Source: Bacteroidota bacterium
GTDB taxonomy: Bacteria; Bacteroidota; Bacteroidia; Bacteroidales; FEN-979
Direction: 5' to 3'
Assembly: GCA_037137455.1 (NCBI GenBank)
Contig: JBAXKG010000001.1
Location: forward strand, 64,418 to 128,417
Length of the DNA: 64,000 nucleotides
The position numbers and the translations under genes are program-made. The notes under the pieces are model-generated. The model saw only the letters and a list, made by a program, of their open reading frames with translations, was not told where the DNA came from and searched no databases. Shown here piece after piece: positions 25,269 to 34,660 of the stretch (the stretch's first letter is position 1; every line of letters starts with the position of its first letter).

Positions 25269-28120
25269 TCTCCATCCTTTGCACATCTGAATCCCACGGT
25301 TGCATTGCGGTCGAGACCCGGCGCTATCAGCAACAACATTTCAGGATGATCAACTGGTAACGGACCTCCGGTAACATACCATATACTTTGTGTTGGATGA
25401 TAAAAGCTTCCTCCTCGGATAATGTTATAATAATAGCTTCCATTGTCATAAATATCAGCGGTCATCTGCCACACGTTTCCAACCAAATCCATCACACCGA
25501 ACGGGCTGCCTCCTTTGGGGAATTTATTTACAGGAGTGAGAAAATTAAGGTTGTAATTGCACCTGGTTGAATCCATTTTATTACCCCAGGGATATTTACG
25601 CATATCACTTCCCTGGGCTGCATACTGCCATTCCTTTTCAGTGGGCAGTCTCTTCTCCGCCCATTTTGCATACGCTTTTGCATCATCCAGATTAATGTAG
25701 ACGACTGGAAGAAAATCGGTCCCTACTGCGGGAATGCCATTCGACCAATGCTTAAGGTAATTTATTGTATCCTCAGGATTATAAGATGTTTGTAAAATAA
25801 AATTCAAATATTGCCGATTGGTCACCGGGTATTTGTCTATGAAAAAACGTTGCATCGAAATGGTTACGGTATCGCTAAAATGGGGCAAAGCAATAAACGG
25901 TTCGAGTGTATTCGCATCGCGTTTAGTATAGAAACGGAAATTTCCTGCAGGGATCTCAACCATGTCATTGGGAGCTTTTTTGACTTGTGGAGATTTTTCA
26001 TTTTGACTGATCAGCGCAGGGTAACCCAGGCCAGGACTTATCACCACCTCATCCATTAATTCTGTCCCCGCAAAGAGCTGAAGAACGATTTTTTGAACAG
26101 GTTTTGGGAACAAACTCCTGTGATCCACTGATGTGCATGTTACCGGATATATGTATTGCTTTGATCTGTAGTCAGGGTTTTCAGCGGTTATTATGATCCT
26201 GTCTCCACCTGAACCTTTAAAATTCAAGATACTGCCGTTCGTTTGAACATCCAATAACCTTGAAAACACGGCAATACAGCCAACATTCCCTTCCCGGCGC
26301 GTATTCAGCCAGGAGGGATCAAATGCATCGATTTTAACAGGAACGAAGGCTTTACCCTGATTTATTACCGGATTTATCTCTTCGTGATTCCACAGATCAA
26401 CGAAATGGTACTGCCTCATTATATCGGCAGCCGGATGTGAATCTGAAGCGCCGCCAAATTCGAAAAGTTTGCCGTTGCATCCTTTTGGATTAACACTATA
26501 AATTGTATATATCATTTTTCCAGCGGCTTCCCACCGGTTTACATATATTGAATCGACAATCGTTGAAATCAGCGGATAAAAATCTCTATTGCAGAAAACG
26601 GATCTATTTTCACGAAGGATTCGCGTTGTACGGCCCATGTATGAAAATTCATCTTCAATCCAATCAGGGCGGCCCGGGCGCATGGTATTGATTTCCACGC
26701 CATAACCATTGAAAAATGATATGGCCAATTCACGATGCAGGCGATCATCGGCAAGTTGCAGCACCCTGAAAATGGCAAAATCGGGTTTAATCAGCTTATT
26801 CAGGTTCAGCGGAGGCGGAAGCACCAAAGCATCATGAACTCTGCCACTTACGATACCCGGCATGTCCTTCGGAACTGCCATTCCCTCGCTGTACATAATG
26901 ATCCCGGGTTTTACATTATCGGCTGCAGCCTGTAGTTCCCGGCTGGACGAACCTTTGGTGTCAAGAACAACCCCATCGGCATTGGTTGCCTGCAGAAGAT
27001 CCTCCATTCCTTTTAACTGATCTTCCTTTCGGGTTCCTTCATCCCATGGATTGAACGAGATAAAATATTTTTTTCCTGCCTGATGGGTAAATGAGACCTG
27101 TTTCCTGAGTTCGTTCAATCCACCGGGTAAATCACGGTACATATCCCATTGGTTACGCTGGTCAAGACCCAGCCTGGGCCATGTGGGCCATAGGGTATAA
27201 ATATCATAACCGCCTGTAAGCGAATCATATTCAAAAAGATTCTGATAAAAGGTGTATTCCTGCTTTTCATAATCGTAGTATTTTTTATCCCAGGCAAACT
27301 GCAGCAACATGATATAGCTGTTTTTCATCCAGGCAAGGTCACCGCGCCTGAACATGGCATTGTCAAATTCTGGCAGGTCGTACAACCACCGGTCCTGAAA
27401 CATCAAGCGAAGCCCTGATTGCCAGTCTCCTTGATGGCAATCGGCATAGATGTAATATTCTGTCCATCCGCCGGGTTTCAAAGTCACCATCCAACGGTCG
27501 ATTTCGGTTTTATCCTTATCACGCGTTCCCCTGCGCGCCAGGGCAGTCAATGATAAGCTGTCATTTACCCTGACATCAGTAAATCCGAGGTGCCAGGCAT
27601 TGTCGGGCAGTACAACCCCGACAGGTCCAAATCCCGGACGATAAAGGCGGGATCTGCATAGATATTGGGGCCATTCTTTTGGGCCGGCTGCGGTGATATA
27701 TACCTTTTCTTTACTTTCGCCAAGGGGCACAAGGTTTTCGATACTATGGTTGCCCATACCTGAGTTCGTGAAACGTATTGTGAATTTCGCTCCGGGCCGG
27801 AAATTTTTCTCCAAAAATGCCCAGCCACGGATGCTGTCGGCCAAGGTAAAAAAAATGGTATCGTTGATGAGCCTGGCATTATTGCAGGCGTTATAACTGA
27901 TGTTATCGACAACAACAGAAAAAAGTGGTTGTGCCTTTGGAAGTACAGATTTTTTCTTATCTACGGAAATAAACCCTTTTACAGAGAAGGGATTAGACAA
28001 ATCAAATAGAAGATCCTGAATATTTGCCTGGGAAAATCCATTTACTCCAAAATGGATCAGCAACCCGAAAAAGAGGGATATTTTATGCATGATTATAAAT
28101 TTGAAGTGTTTGTTGGTCAA
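25265..28120 (-). CDS. Large secreted protein: unknown N-terminal region of about 650 aa fused to a C-terminal FGE/SUMF1 domain
   Basis: Signal peptide. The C-terminal region carries FFIDKYPVTNRQY, RLPTEKEWQYAAQG, GNVWQM, RGGSFY and GFRCAKD. Confidence 0.7.
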   Translation of the reverse strand: MTNKHFKFIIMHKISLFFGLLIHFGVNGFSQANIQDLLFDLSNPFSVKGFISVDKKKSVLPKAQPLFSVVVDNISYNACNNARLINDTIFFTLADSIRGWAFLEKNFRPGAKFTIRFTNSGMGNHSIENLVPLGESKEKVYITAAGPKEWPQYLCRSRLYRPGFGPVGVVLPDNAWHLGFTDVRVNDSLSLTALARRGTRDKDKTEIDRWMVTLKPGGWTEYYIYADCHQGDWQSGLRLMFQDRWLYDLPEFDNAMFRRGDLAWMKNSYIMLLQFAWDKKYYDYEKQEYTFYQNLFEYDSLTGGYDIYTLWPTWPRLGLDQRNQWDMYRDLPGGLNELRKQVSFTHQAGKKYFISFNPWDEGTRKEDQLKGMEDLLQATNADGVVLDTKGSSSRELQAAADNVKPGIIMYSEGMAVPKDMPGIVSGRVHDALVLPPPLNLNKLIKPDFAIFRVLQLADDRLHRELAISFFNGYGVEINTMRPGRPDWIEDEFSYMGRTTRILRENRSVFCNRDFYPLISTIVDSIYVNRWEAAGKMIYTIYSVNPKGCNGKLFEFGGASDSHPAADIMRQYHFVDLWNHEEINPVINQGKAFVPVKIDAFDPSWLNTRREGNVGCIAVFSRLLDVQTNGSILNFKGSGGDRIIITAENPDYRSKQYIYPVTCTSVDHRSLFPKPVQKIVLQLFAGTELMDEVVISPGLGYPALISQNEKSPQVKKAPNDMVEIPAGNFRFYTKRDANTLEPFIALPHFSDTVTISMQRFFIDKYPVTNRQYLNFILQTSYNPEDTINYLKHWSNGIPAVGTDFLPVVYINLDDAKAYAKWAEKRLPTEKEWQYAAQGSDMRKYPWGNKMDSTRCNYNLNFLTPVNKFPKGGSPFGVMDLVGNVWQMTADIYDNGSYYYNIIRGGSFYHPTQSIWYVTGGPLPVDHPEMLLLIAPGLDRNATVGFRCAKDGD

Positions 28121-28608
28121 ACTTTCAAATAGAAGAGGTCGCGCTGGGCAAAAGCGTGTTCATGTTCCAACAGCCATTTTTTGCGCTTAAGTCCTCCCCG
28201 ATAACCAACAAGTTTCCCGTTTGCACTGATAACCCGGTGGCAAGGCACGATTATAGAAACAGGGTTATGGCTATTGGCTCCTCCCACCGCACGCAAGGCT
28301 TTTATATCACCAGTTTTACGGGCAAGTTCAAGGTAAGAAATAGTTGATCCGTATGGAATATTGAGAAGCTCCTTCCATACTTTAAGTTGAAAAGGAGAGC
28401 CGACAAGATCGAGTTTAATTTCAAAGCTTTGCCTTGAGCCATGGAAATACTCATAGAGTTGAACAATGCAAGGTTTCAAGCATGAGGGGATATGCTGGGG
28501 CTTTACCTTAAAATTAAGGAAGTACAATGACCTGATCCCATTTTCTGAACCTGTAACCTCAAGATAACCAATGGGAGTCTTAAGAAAGGCTCGATGCATC
28601 GGGTTCAT
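28117..28608 (-). CDS. ogt: Methylated-DNA--protein-cysteine methyltransferase
   Basis: Active site IIVPCHRVISANGKLVGY. The start was set to MNPMHRAF (28608) so that it does not overlap the upstream small ORF. Its stop overlaps the start of the 951-aa gene. Confidence 0.85.
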   Translation of the reverse strand: MNPMHRAFLKTPIGYLEVTGSENGIRSLYFLNFKVKPQHIPSCLKPCIVQLYEYFHGSRQSFEIKLDLVGSPFQLKVWKELLNIPYGSTISYLELARKTGDIKALRAVGGANSHNPVSIIVPCHRVISANGKLVGYRGGLKRKKWLLEHEHAFAQRDLFYLKV

Positions 28609-28609
28609 A

Positions 28610-28822
28610 TCAAGGGGTTTTGGCATTCCTGCTTCTCCATGCAAAAAGGAGCATGATTAACCCGAATATCAGCATGCCACATCCCGACCAAAGGTTGATG
28701 TTAATACCCAGGGAGCGGCTGTAAAGAGCGCTGTCACCACTTGTTATTAATCCAAAAATAGTTAGTAATAACCCGAGAATAAAAAACATCAGGCCAATCG
28801 GAAATTTTATATCTATGCCCAT
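28610..28822 (-). CDS. Small two-TM membrane protein of unknown function
   Basis: 70 aa with two hydrophobic helices, positioned directly after the SSS symporter gene. Confidence 0.45.
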   Translation of the reverse strand: MGIDIKFPIGLMFFILGLLLTIFGLITSGDSALYSRSLGININLWSGCGMLIFGLIMLLFAWRSRNAKTP

Positions 28823-28839
28823 AATGGTTTGTAATTAAT

Positions 28840-28859
28840 GATTGAGTGATTGAGTGAAT
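28840..28859. repeat. Tandem octamer micro-repeat (gattgagt x2 plus gaat)
   Basis: Direct reading. It lies 18-37 nt upstream of the minus-strand start at 28822. Confidence 0.7.
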
Positions 28860-28865
28860 AATTTT

Positions 28866-30599
28866 TTACCAGAACATTATTGTCAGGATTGTTCCGATTG
28901 CGAGCACAAGTATTGCCAGTGTTGTTGAACGCTGGTACCAGGGCACGTTGGTTTCAACATGTTTTGGAGTCAGTGAGTATACAAGTCCTTTCAGATCTTC
29001 GTCTGATTTCTTTTGTTTTGTGGCCAGTGATAATACAATGGTGACAACAGCGCTTGTAGTGAAGGCAAAGATGGCTGTCCAGAAATTCTGTGCCATTTCC
29101 ACCGGATAGGTATGGAGGTTGCAAATCCATCCTCCTTTAACAAGGGTTGCAGCGCCCTCAGGCACAGTTAGTCCGTGGTGTAGCAGAGCGATAAAGAATC
29201 CTGCTAACAAGCCAGTAAAAGCTGCGTGTCCGGTAGTTCGTTTCCAAAACATACCAAGGAAGATTACGGCGAATAACGGGGCATTGATCATGGAAAAGAT
29301 GGTTTGCAGGAAGTCCATAATATTCCCGAAAAGACTTGCCAGGTATGCTGCAGCAATACTAACGATGACTCCGAATATGGTAGCCATTCGCCCAACAAAC
29401 AAGTAATGCTGATCATCGGCGGCTTTATCGCTGGTAACAGGGCGAATATAACTCTGATAAATGTCGTAGGTCCAAACAGTATTGAATGCCGAAACATTTC
29501 CAGCCATTCCCGACATAAATGAAGCAAGCAGAGCGGTAATTCCTAATCCCAGTACACCAGCCGGCAAGTATTGTTTCAACAGGGCGATGATAGTGTAATC
29601 ATAGTTGTAATGGCCCGGTGAAATTTCAGGTAACGTAAAACCAGATCCTTGTTTATTAAGCAGAACCAGAGCAGCAATTCCCGGAACGATAATCAGAAAT
29701 GGGATGAACATCTTCGGGAGGGCACCGATTAACGGCGTATTCCGGGCAGCTGTTGAAGATTTGGCCGACATGGCACGTTGTACGATGAGAAAATTGGTAC
29801 ACCAGTATCCGAATGAAAGAACAAATCCGAGACCAGCTGCGATACCATACCATTCAACTCCCAATGGATTGGCTTTGGCCGATCCTGTATATTTCCAGGT
29901 CGTGGTCCAGGTATCTGCAGCAAATCCTTTGGCAGTTACGATCGGCGCCAGTTGCTCTTTCATACCTGACCATCCTCCCAAATCCTGCATACTTAAAACA
30001 ACAATTGGCAATAAACCGATTACGATTATAAAGAACTGTAAAACTTCGTTATAAATCGCAGAGGAAAGACCGCCCAGGTAGGTATATCCAAGAACTATAG
30101 CCGCCGATAAAACCAGGCTGAGGTGAAAATTCCAACCTAATACTTTTTCCATAAGGATAGCTAAGGCGTACATCGAGATTCCCGAAGCAAGAATTGTCAT
30201 CACTGCAAAAAGGATCGCATTCAACCCACGGGTCTTCTCATCAAATCTCAACTTCAGGTACTCCGGAACCGACCGGGCTTTAGATCCATAATAAAACGGC
30301 ATCATGAACAAAGCCAGAAATACCATTGCAGGGATGGCCCCTACCCAATAAAAGTGCGTGGTGAGCATTCCATATTTAGCTCCGGATCCGGTCATACCCA
30401 TTACCTCAAGGGCTCCAAGGTTTGTGGAAATAAAAGCCAAACCGGCAACCCATGCAGGCATTGAGCGTCCGGCTTCGAGAAAGGCATTGGCATCTTTCAT
30501 ATATCGTTTCAAAGCCCATCCGATACCAAGTACAAATACAAAGTAAACGATCATGATGGTGTAATCAATCCAGCTAAGAGTAAAACCTGTGTCAATCAT
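28866..30599 (-). CDS. Sodium:solute symporter (SSS/SGLT family)
   Basis: 577 aa with about 14 TM segments and an SSS-type organisation. It lies in the neighbourhood of galM and galK. Confidence 0.85.
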   Translation of the reverse strand: MIDTGFTLSWIDYTIMIVYFVFVLGIGWALKRYMKDANAFLEAGRSMPAWVAGLAFISTNLGALEVMGMTGSGAKYGMLTTHFYWVGAIPAMVFLALFMMPFYYGSKARSVPEYLKLRFDEKTRGLNAILFAVMTILASGISMYALAILMEKVLGWNFHLSLVLSAAIVLGYTYLGGLSSAIYNEVLQFFIIVIGLLPIVVLSMQDLGGWSGMKEQLAPIVTAKGFAADTWTTTWKYTGSAKANPLGVEWYGIAAGLGFVLSFGYWCTNFLIVQRAMSAKSSTAARNTPLIGALPKMFIPFLIIVPGIAALVLLNKQGSGFTLPEISPGHYNYDYTIIALLKQYLPAGVLGLGITALLASFMSGMAGNVSAFNTVWTYDIYQSYIRPVTSDKAADDQHYLFVGRMATIFGVIVSIAAAYLASLFGNIMDFLQTIFSMINAPLFAVIFLGMFWKRTTGHAAFTGLLAGFFIALLHHGLTVPEGAATLVKGGWICNLHTYPVEMAQNFWTAIFAFTTSAVVTIVLSLATKQKKSDEDLKGLVYSLTPKHVETNVPWYQRSTTLAILVLAIGTILTIMFW

Positions 30600-30675
30600 T
30601 TTTTAAGAATTATAAAGTAAATATTGCGTTTAAAATTAACAATTTATTAACAGCAGCTATCATTTTTTGACCTAA

Positions 30676-30683
30676 CAAATTTA
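30676..30683 (-). promoter_or_regulatory. -7 promoter box (TAAATTTG) for the symporter operon
   Basis: Matches TAnnTTTG on the minus strand, 76 nt before the ATG at 30599. Confidence 0.35.
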
Positions 30684-30705
30684 ATGGTATATTTTTACGA
30701 AAAGG

Positions 30706-30713
30706 TATCTTTG
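30706..30713 (+). promoter_or_regulatory. -7 promoter box (TATCTTTG) for the metallophosphoesterase/M23 operon
   Basis: Matches TAnnTTTG, 30 nt before the TTG start at 30744. Confidence 0.35.
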
Positions 30714-30743
30714 CAAAAAAAATCAAAGAAAGGATAAAAATTA

Positions 30744-31901
30744 TTGAAAACAGGTGCATTTATTATCTTTTTGACAATTGTACTGGTCATATACGGACTG
30801 GTTAACTCATATATTTTTATCAGAGGATTGCAGGCCATTCCGGTGGGTTCATCATGGAGACCATGGTATATTGCATGCTTTTGGTTACTGTCGTCAACAT
30901 TTGTTCTGGCAAGAATTTTGGAGCGGGCTTTTCCATGTGATTTCACAGAAATCATAACCTGGATCGGTTCATTCTGGCTGGCTTTTATGATGTATTTAAT
31001 CCTGATCGCGCTCTTCATTGATTTCGCAAGGGTTGTCAACCATTTTTTTAACATTTTTCCACGATCATTCTATGTCGATTACCAACAGACCAAACTAATC
31101 TTATTATTTACCGCCATAACGGTGGTTGCCATTGTTGTAGCAGGTGGATTCATTAATGCCCGTACCCCAAGGATCAGGAATTTGGAATTGCATGTAAGGA
31201 AGGTGGTTGCCGGTGAGAAATCATTGAACATTGTGATGGCTTCTGATATTCACATGGGAACTATTATTGCTAAGAGAAAGGCCAACAGACTTGTGGCCAC
31301 AATCAACTCGCTGAAGCCAGATATTGTGCTTTTTGCGGGTGATATGGTTGATGAAAACCTTGCGCCGGTGATAAAGAACAATCTTGGAGCCAACCTTAAC
31401 CAAATAGGTGCGAAGCTGGGTGTTTATGCAATCACAGGAAATCATGAATTCATTGGTGGAGCTGAACCAGCAGTGAAATACCTCAGAGAACATGGCGTTG
31501 AGGTGTTACGCGATTCGGCTATGCTTATTGATAAACGCTTTTATCTTGTCGGACGAGAGGATCGCGACAAAGCACGGTTTACGGGGAAAAAACGCAAGGA
31601 ATTGTCTGAACTTATGCAGAATGTTGATCTTTCCTACCCGGTTATCCTGTTGGACCATCAACCCTTCGATCTGAAAAAAGCGAATTTGCAAGGAGTCGAT
31701 TTACAACTTTCGGGACACACACATTACGGACAGCTATGGCCGTTCAATTATATTACCAATGTCGTTTATGAATTAAGTTACGGTTATATGCAGATCGGGC
31801 AAACTCATTTTTATGTGTCTTCAGGTTTTGGAACCTGGGGGCCGCCGGTAAGACTCGGTAACAGGCCTGAAATTGTTCAGATAAAACTTATTTTTGATTA
31901 G
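30744..31901 (+). CDS. Membrane-anchored metallophosphoesterase (YkuE-like)
   Basis: N-terminal TM helices followed by the calcineurin-like motifs SDIHMG, GDMVDE, GNHEF and GHTH. Confidence 0.8.
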   Translation: MKTGAFIIFLTIVLVIYGLVNSYIFIRGLQAIPVGSSWRPWYIACFWLLSSTFVLARILERAFPCDFTEIITWIGSFWLAFMMYLILIALFIDFARVVNHFFNIFPRSFYVDYQQTKLILLFTAITVVAIVVAGGFINARTPRIRNLELHVRKVVAGEKSLNIVMASDIHMGTIIAKRKANRLVATINSLKPDIVLFAGDMVDENLAPVIKNNLGANLNQIGAKLGVYAITGNHEFIGGAEPAVKYLREHGVEVLRDSAMLIDKRFYLVGREDRDKARFTGKKRKELSELMQNVDLSYPVILLDHQPFDLKKANLQGVDLQLSGHTHYGQLWPFNYITNVVYELSYGYMQIGQTHFYVSSGFGTWGPPVRLGNRPEIVQIKLIFD

Positions 31902-33135
31902 AGAAACCATGCTGAAACCATCACTGAGAATATATTCCATTGCTGCAATCTTTGTCATTCTATCCATCGTGATATTTATTGGTTTGTTTATCACATTTTC
32001 GGTAAAAATGAATAAGACTGTCACACCTTCACCCCAGCCAAAAATTGCATATAAAATCAAGCTTTACAAAATGGACATCGTACATGGTAAAGTCAATGAT
32101 AATCAGAGTCTTTCTACTTTGTTGTCGCCATATATTTCCAATGCGATTATTGATAAGATTGCCAGGGAGACCCGTAATATTTTTGATGTTAGGAAAATCC
32201 GCACCGGTAATTCATATGCAAGAATTTTTACCAATGATTCAATCCGAAAAACGCTATATTTCATTTACGAGCTCAATCCGATTGATTTTGTTGTTTACGA
32301 TTTCAGGGATACATTGAGAGTGTACCTTGATAAAAAAAAGGTAAGCAGGTTTGTCAGAACTGCAAGGGGAACGATCAAAAGTTCACTCTGGAACTGCTTT
32401 GTCGAGAACAATCTTGATGTCGGTCTTGGAATTGCGCTTTCGGATGTTTATGCTTGGACGGTTGATTTTTATGGATTGCAATCAGGGGATAATTTCAAAG
32501 TAATTTACGAGGAGGTATTTGTAGATGAAAAGATGATTGGAATTGACCGTATCCTGGCTTCAAAATTCCAGAGTAATGGCAAAGATTTTTATGCTTACCA
32601 ATTTTCTCAGGGCGGGAAGGGCGCATATTTCGATGAGAACGGGCAAAGCCTGCAACGTTCATTTTTAAAAGCTCCGTTGAAATTTTCACGAATCAGCTCA
32701 CGCTTTTCGCGTTCAAGAATGCACCCGATCCTTCGAATTAAACGTCCTCATTTCGGGATCGATTATTCAGCTCCGCGTGGCACGCCTGTGGTATCGCTGG
32801 GCAATGGCCGTGTAAATAAGGTCGGGTTTCACGGAGGATATGGCCGCTTCATCAGCATTCATCATAATTCTGTTTATACCACAACTTACGCACATCTGTC
32901 GGGTTATGCAAAAGGATTAAAATCAGGTAAAAATGTTCAGCAGGGAGAGGTGATTGGGTTTGTTGGCAGTAGCGGACTTTCCACCGGCCCTCATCTCGAT
33001 TTTCGTATTTACCGAAATGGGAGTCCGACGGATCCTTTAAAACTGGAATCACCGCCGTCAAATCCTGTTGATTCGAAAGATCTGGAAAGCTTCAAACAGT
33101 TAGTAACGAAGATGAACCTGGAATTGAGTAAGTAG
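31894..33135 (+). CDS. M23-family peptidoglycan endopeptidase
   Basis: Motifs HFGIDYSAPRGTPV and GSSGLSTGPHLDFRIY. Overlaps the upstream gene by 8 nt. Confidence 0.85.
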   Translation: MIRETMLKPSLRIYSIAAIFVILSIVIFIGLFITFSVKMNKTVTPSPQPKIAYKIKLYKMDIVHGKVNDNQSLSTLLSPYISNAIIDKIARETRNIFDVRKIRTGNSYARIFTNDSIRKTLYFIYELNPIDFVVYDFRDTLRVYLDKKKVSRFVRTARGTIKSSLWNCFVENNLDVGLGIALSDVYAWTVDFYGLQSGDNFKVIYEEVFVDEKMIGIDRILASKFQSNGKDFYAYQFSQGGKGAYFDENGQSLQRSFLKAPLKFSRISSRFSRSRMHPILRIKRPHFGIDYSAPRGTPVVSLGNGRVNKVGFHGGYGRFISIHHNSVYTTTYAHLSGYAKGLKSGKNVQQGEVIGFVGSSGLSTGPHLDFRIYRNGSPTDPLKLESPPSNPVDSKDLESFKQLVTKMNLELSK

Positions 33136-33141
33136 GTTATT

Positions 33142-33651
33142 TCAATTTTCGCGGGTAAAAGGGTGTTCTTGTTTCCACATTTTCCATATCAGGAATATCG
33201 GGAAGAGAAACCAGGGGGCATTGGCAATAGTGACGATTATGATTGCATTGGAGGCATGAGGCCCCCAGAACTCCTCACTCATAATGATAAAGACATTAGT
33301 AAAGAGTATTGATGAGTAAATGAATGTCGGAATACGGATCCAATCCTTGCCTTTGATAAATGCATAGATGGCAAAAGCATAATAAGGACCGAAAAAAACC
33401 ACATCAAGCCAGATAGTTGCCTTCCACCAAGTAGGGCGGGCCCATTGCAATGGGTCAAAGTTGCTGCCCCACCAATGCACCATATCTACAAGAAAAGGCA
33501 GCGGCCATAACGGATATTGAAAATCATCAGGATTTTTAATCACTAATTGCTCTAAATCAACAATATATGTTATATAAAATAAATTCAAAAAAAAGAACGC
33601 AAGATAGATGTAATCGGTTTTTCGTTCTCTTAAAGGGATGGGTTGTCTCAT
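33142..33651 (-). CDS. EXPERA-domain membrane protein (TMEM97/sigma-2 receptor, EBP-like)
   Basis: 169 aa with 4 TM segments. The segment DPLQWARPTWWKATIWLDVVFFGPYYAFAIYAFIKGKDWIRIPTFIYSS aligns by eye with human TMEM97 as I recall it ([50 protein letters not shown]). Confidence 0.6.
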   Translation of the reverse strand: MRQPIPLRERKTDYIYLAFFFLNLFYITYIVDLEQLVIKNPDDFQYPLWPLPFLVDMVHWWGSNFDPLQWARPTWWKATIWLDVVFFGPYYAFAIYAFIKGKDWIRIPTFIYSSILFTNVFIIMSEEFWGPHASNAIIIVTIANAPWFLFPIFLIWKMWKQEHPFTREN

Positions 33652-33652
33652 A

Positions 33653-33687
33653 ATTTGAAGATTTAGGGATTTGAAAATTTTAAAATT
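33653..33687. repeat. Degenerate octamer micro-repeat (atttgaag atttaggg atttgaaa attttaaa)
   Basis: Direct reading. It fills the 39-nt gap between the SDR stop and the EXPERA gene start. Confidence 0.65.
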
Positions 33688-33690
33688 GGT

Positions 33691-34527
33691 TTATTCGTCA
33701 AAAATAGAAAGATTCTTTTTTTCCCGTGCGTTTTTGGCCAGTTGACGGGCGATGTTGAGGCGAAATCCAGGAAAGTTGGAGATAAAAGCGCCGATTTTCA
33801 CACTGATATCTGAATACATAAGGGTTTTCGGCTTCAGGATCAATTGTATCAGTTGACGGGCAACATCCTCTGGTGTCTTTGGTTTTGTGAATAGCTTTGT
33901 CAGGAAATTTTGTCGCTCTGCCATCAGAAAATCCTGATCAACTTCACCCAGGCGTGAATCGGGGCGCGAATCGGTTCTGATATATCCCGGGAAATACTCA
34001 CTGACGATGATCTCTGTCCCGGCCCATTCAGCCTGGATTGTGCGTGTCCATGCCGAGAATGCTGCTTTGGAACAAACGTATGGTGCATAAAACGGAATTC
34101 CCATCATAAAACCCGGAGATCCGATGTTGATGATATGCCCGCCACCCTGCTTGCGCATAAATTTGATAGCCTCTTGTGTTGCGGCAACAGGAGCGACAAG
34201 GTTTACCGAGAACGCCTGCAGCAAATCAGCCGGTTTCACGACAGCTGACTTTGCCACGATAATGCTGGCCGCGTTGTTTATAAGTACATCGATCCGGCCA
34301 AAATGGGAAATGACGTTACGAATCATCTCCCTGGCTGATGTTTCATCGACCAGGTCGACTGAAATGACCATTGGCTTGTGCATCATCGCAGCCAGAGCGT
34401 CCAATTTCTCTATCCTTCGGGCGGCAATAACGACATTTGCCCCGGCAGCATCAAGAGCCAGCGCTGTTGCAGCGCCAAGACCGGAAGAGGCTCCGGTGAT
34501 CAGAATAACTTTTTGATTAATTGACAA
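33691..34527 (-). CDS. SDR-family oxidoreductase
   Basis: Motifs TGASSGLGAA, NNAA and YVCSKAA. TTG start. Confidence 0.85.
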   Translation of the reverse strand: MSINQKVILITGASSGLGAATALALDAAGANVVIAARRIEKLDALAAMMHKPMVISVDLVDETSAREMIRNVISHFGRIDVLINNAASIIVAKSAVVKPADLLQAFSVNLVAPVAATQEAIKFMRKQGGGHIINIGSPGFMMGIPFYAPYVCSKAAFSAWTRTIQAEWAGTEIIVSEYFPGYIRTDSRPDSRLGEVDQDFLMAERQNFLTKLFTKPKTPEDVARQLIQLILKPKTLMYSDISVKIGAFISNFPGFRLNIARQLAKNAREKKNLSIFDE

Positions 34528-34529
34528 TG

Positions 34530-34562
34530 GACTGACGAATTACGAATGACTTGTGACGAAAT
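34530..34562. repeat. Degenerate octamer micro-repeat (gactgacg aattacga atgacttg tgacgaaa)
   Basis: Direct reading. It lies in the predicted 5' leader of the SDR/EXPERA operon. Confidence 0.6.
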
Positions 34563-34589
34563 AAAAATCGGCAATTTCAGAAAAAAAAT

Positions 34590-34597
34590 CAAAAGTA
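34590..34597 (-). promoter_or_regulatory. -7 promoter box (TACTTTTG) for the SDR/EXPERA operon
   Basis: Matches TAnnTTTG on the minus strand, 62 nt before the start at 34527. Confidence 0.35.
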
Positions 34598-34629
34598 AAA
34601 AGATTGTTGGATACATGGCATTGATTTGA

Positions 34630-34637
34630 TAAGTTTG
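34630..34637 (+). promoter_or_regulatory. -7 promoter box (TAAGTTTG) for galM
   Basis: Matches TAnnTTTG, 23 nt before the ATG at 34661. Confidence 0.4.
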
Positions 34638-34660
34638 TAGTAAAATCAAATATTGATGAT

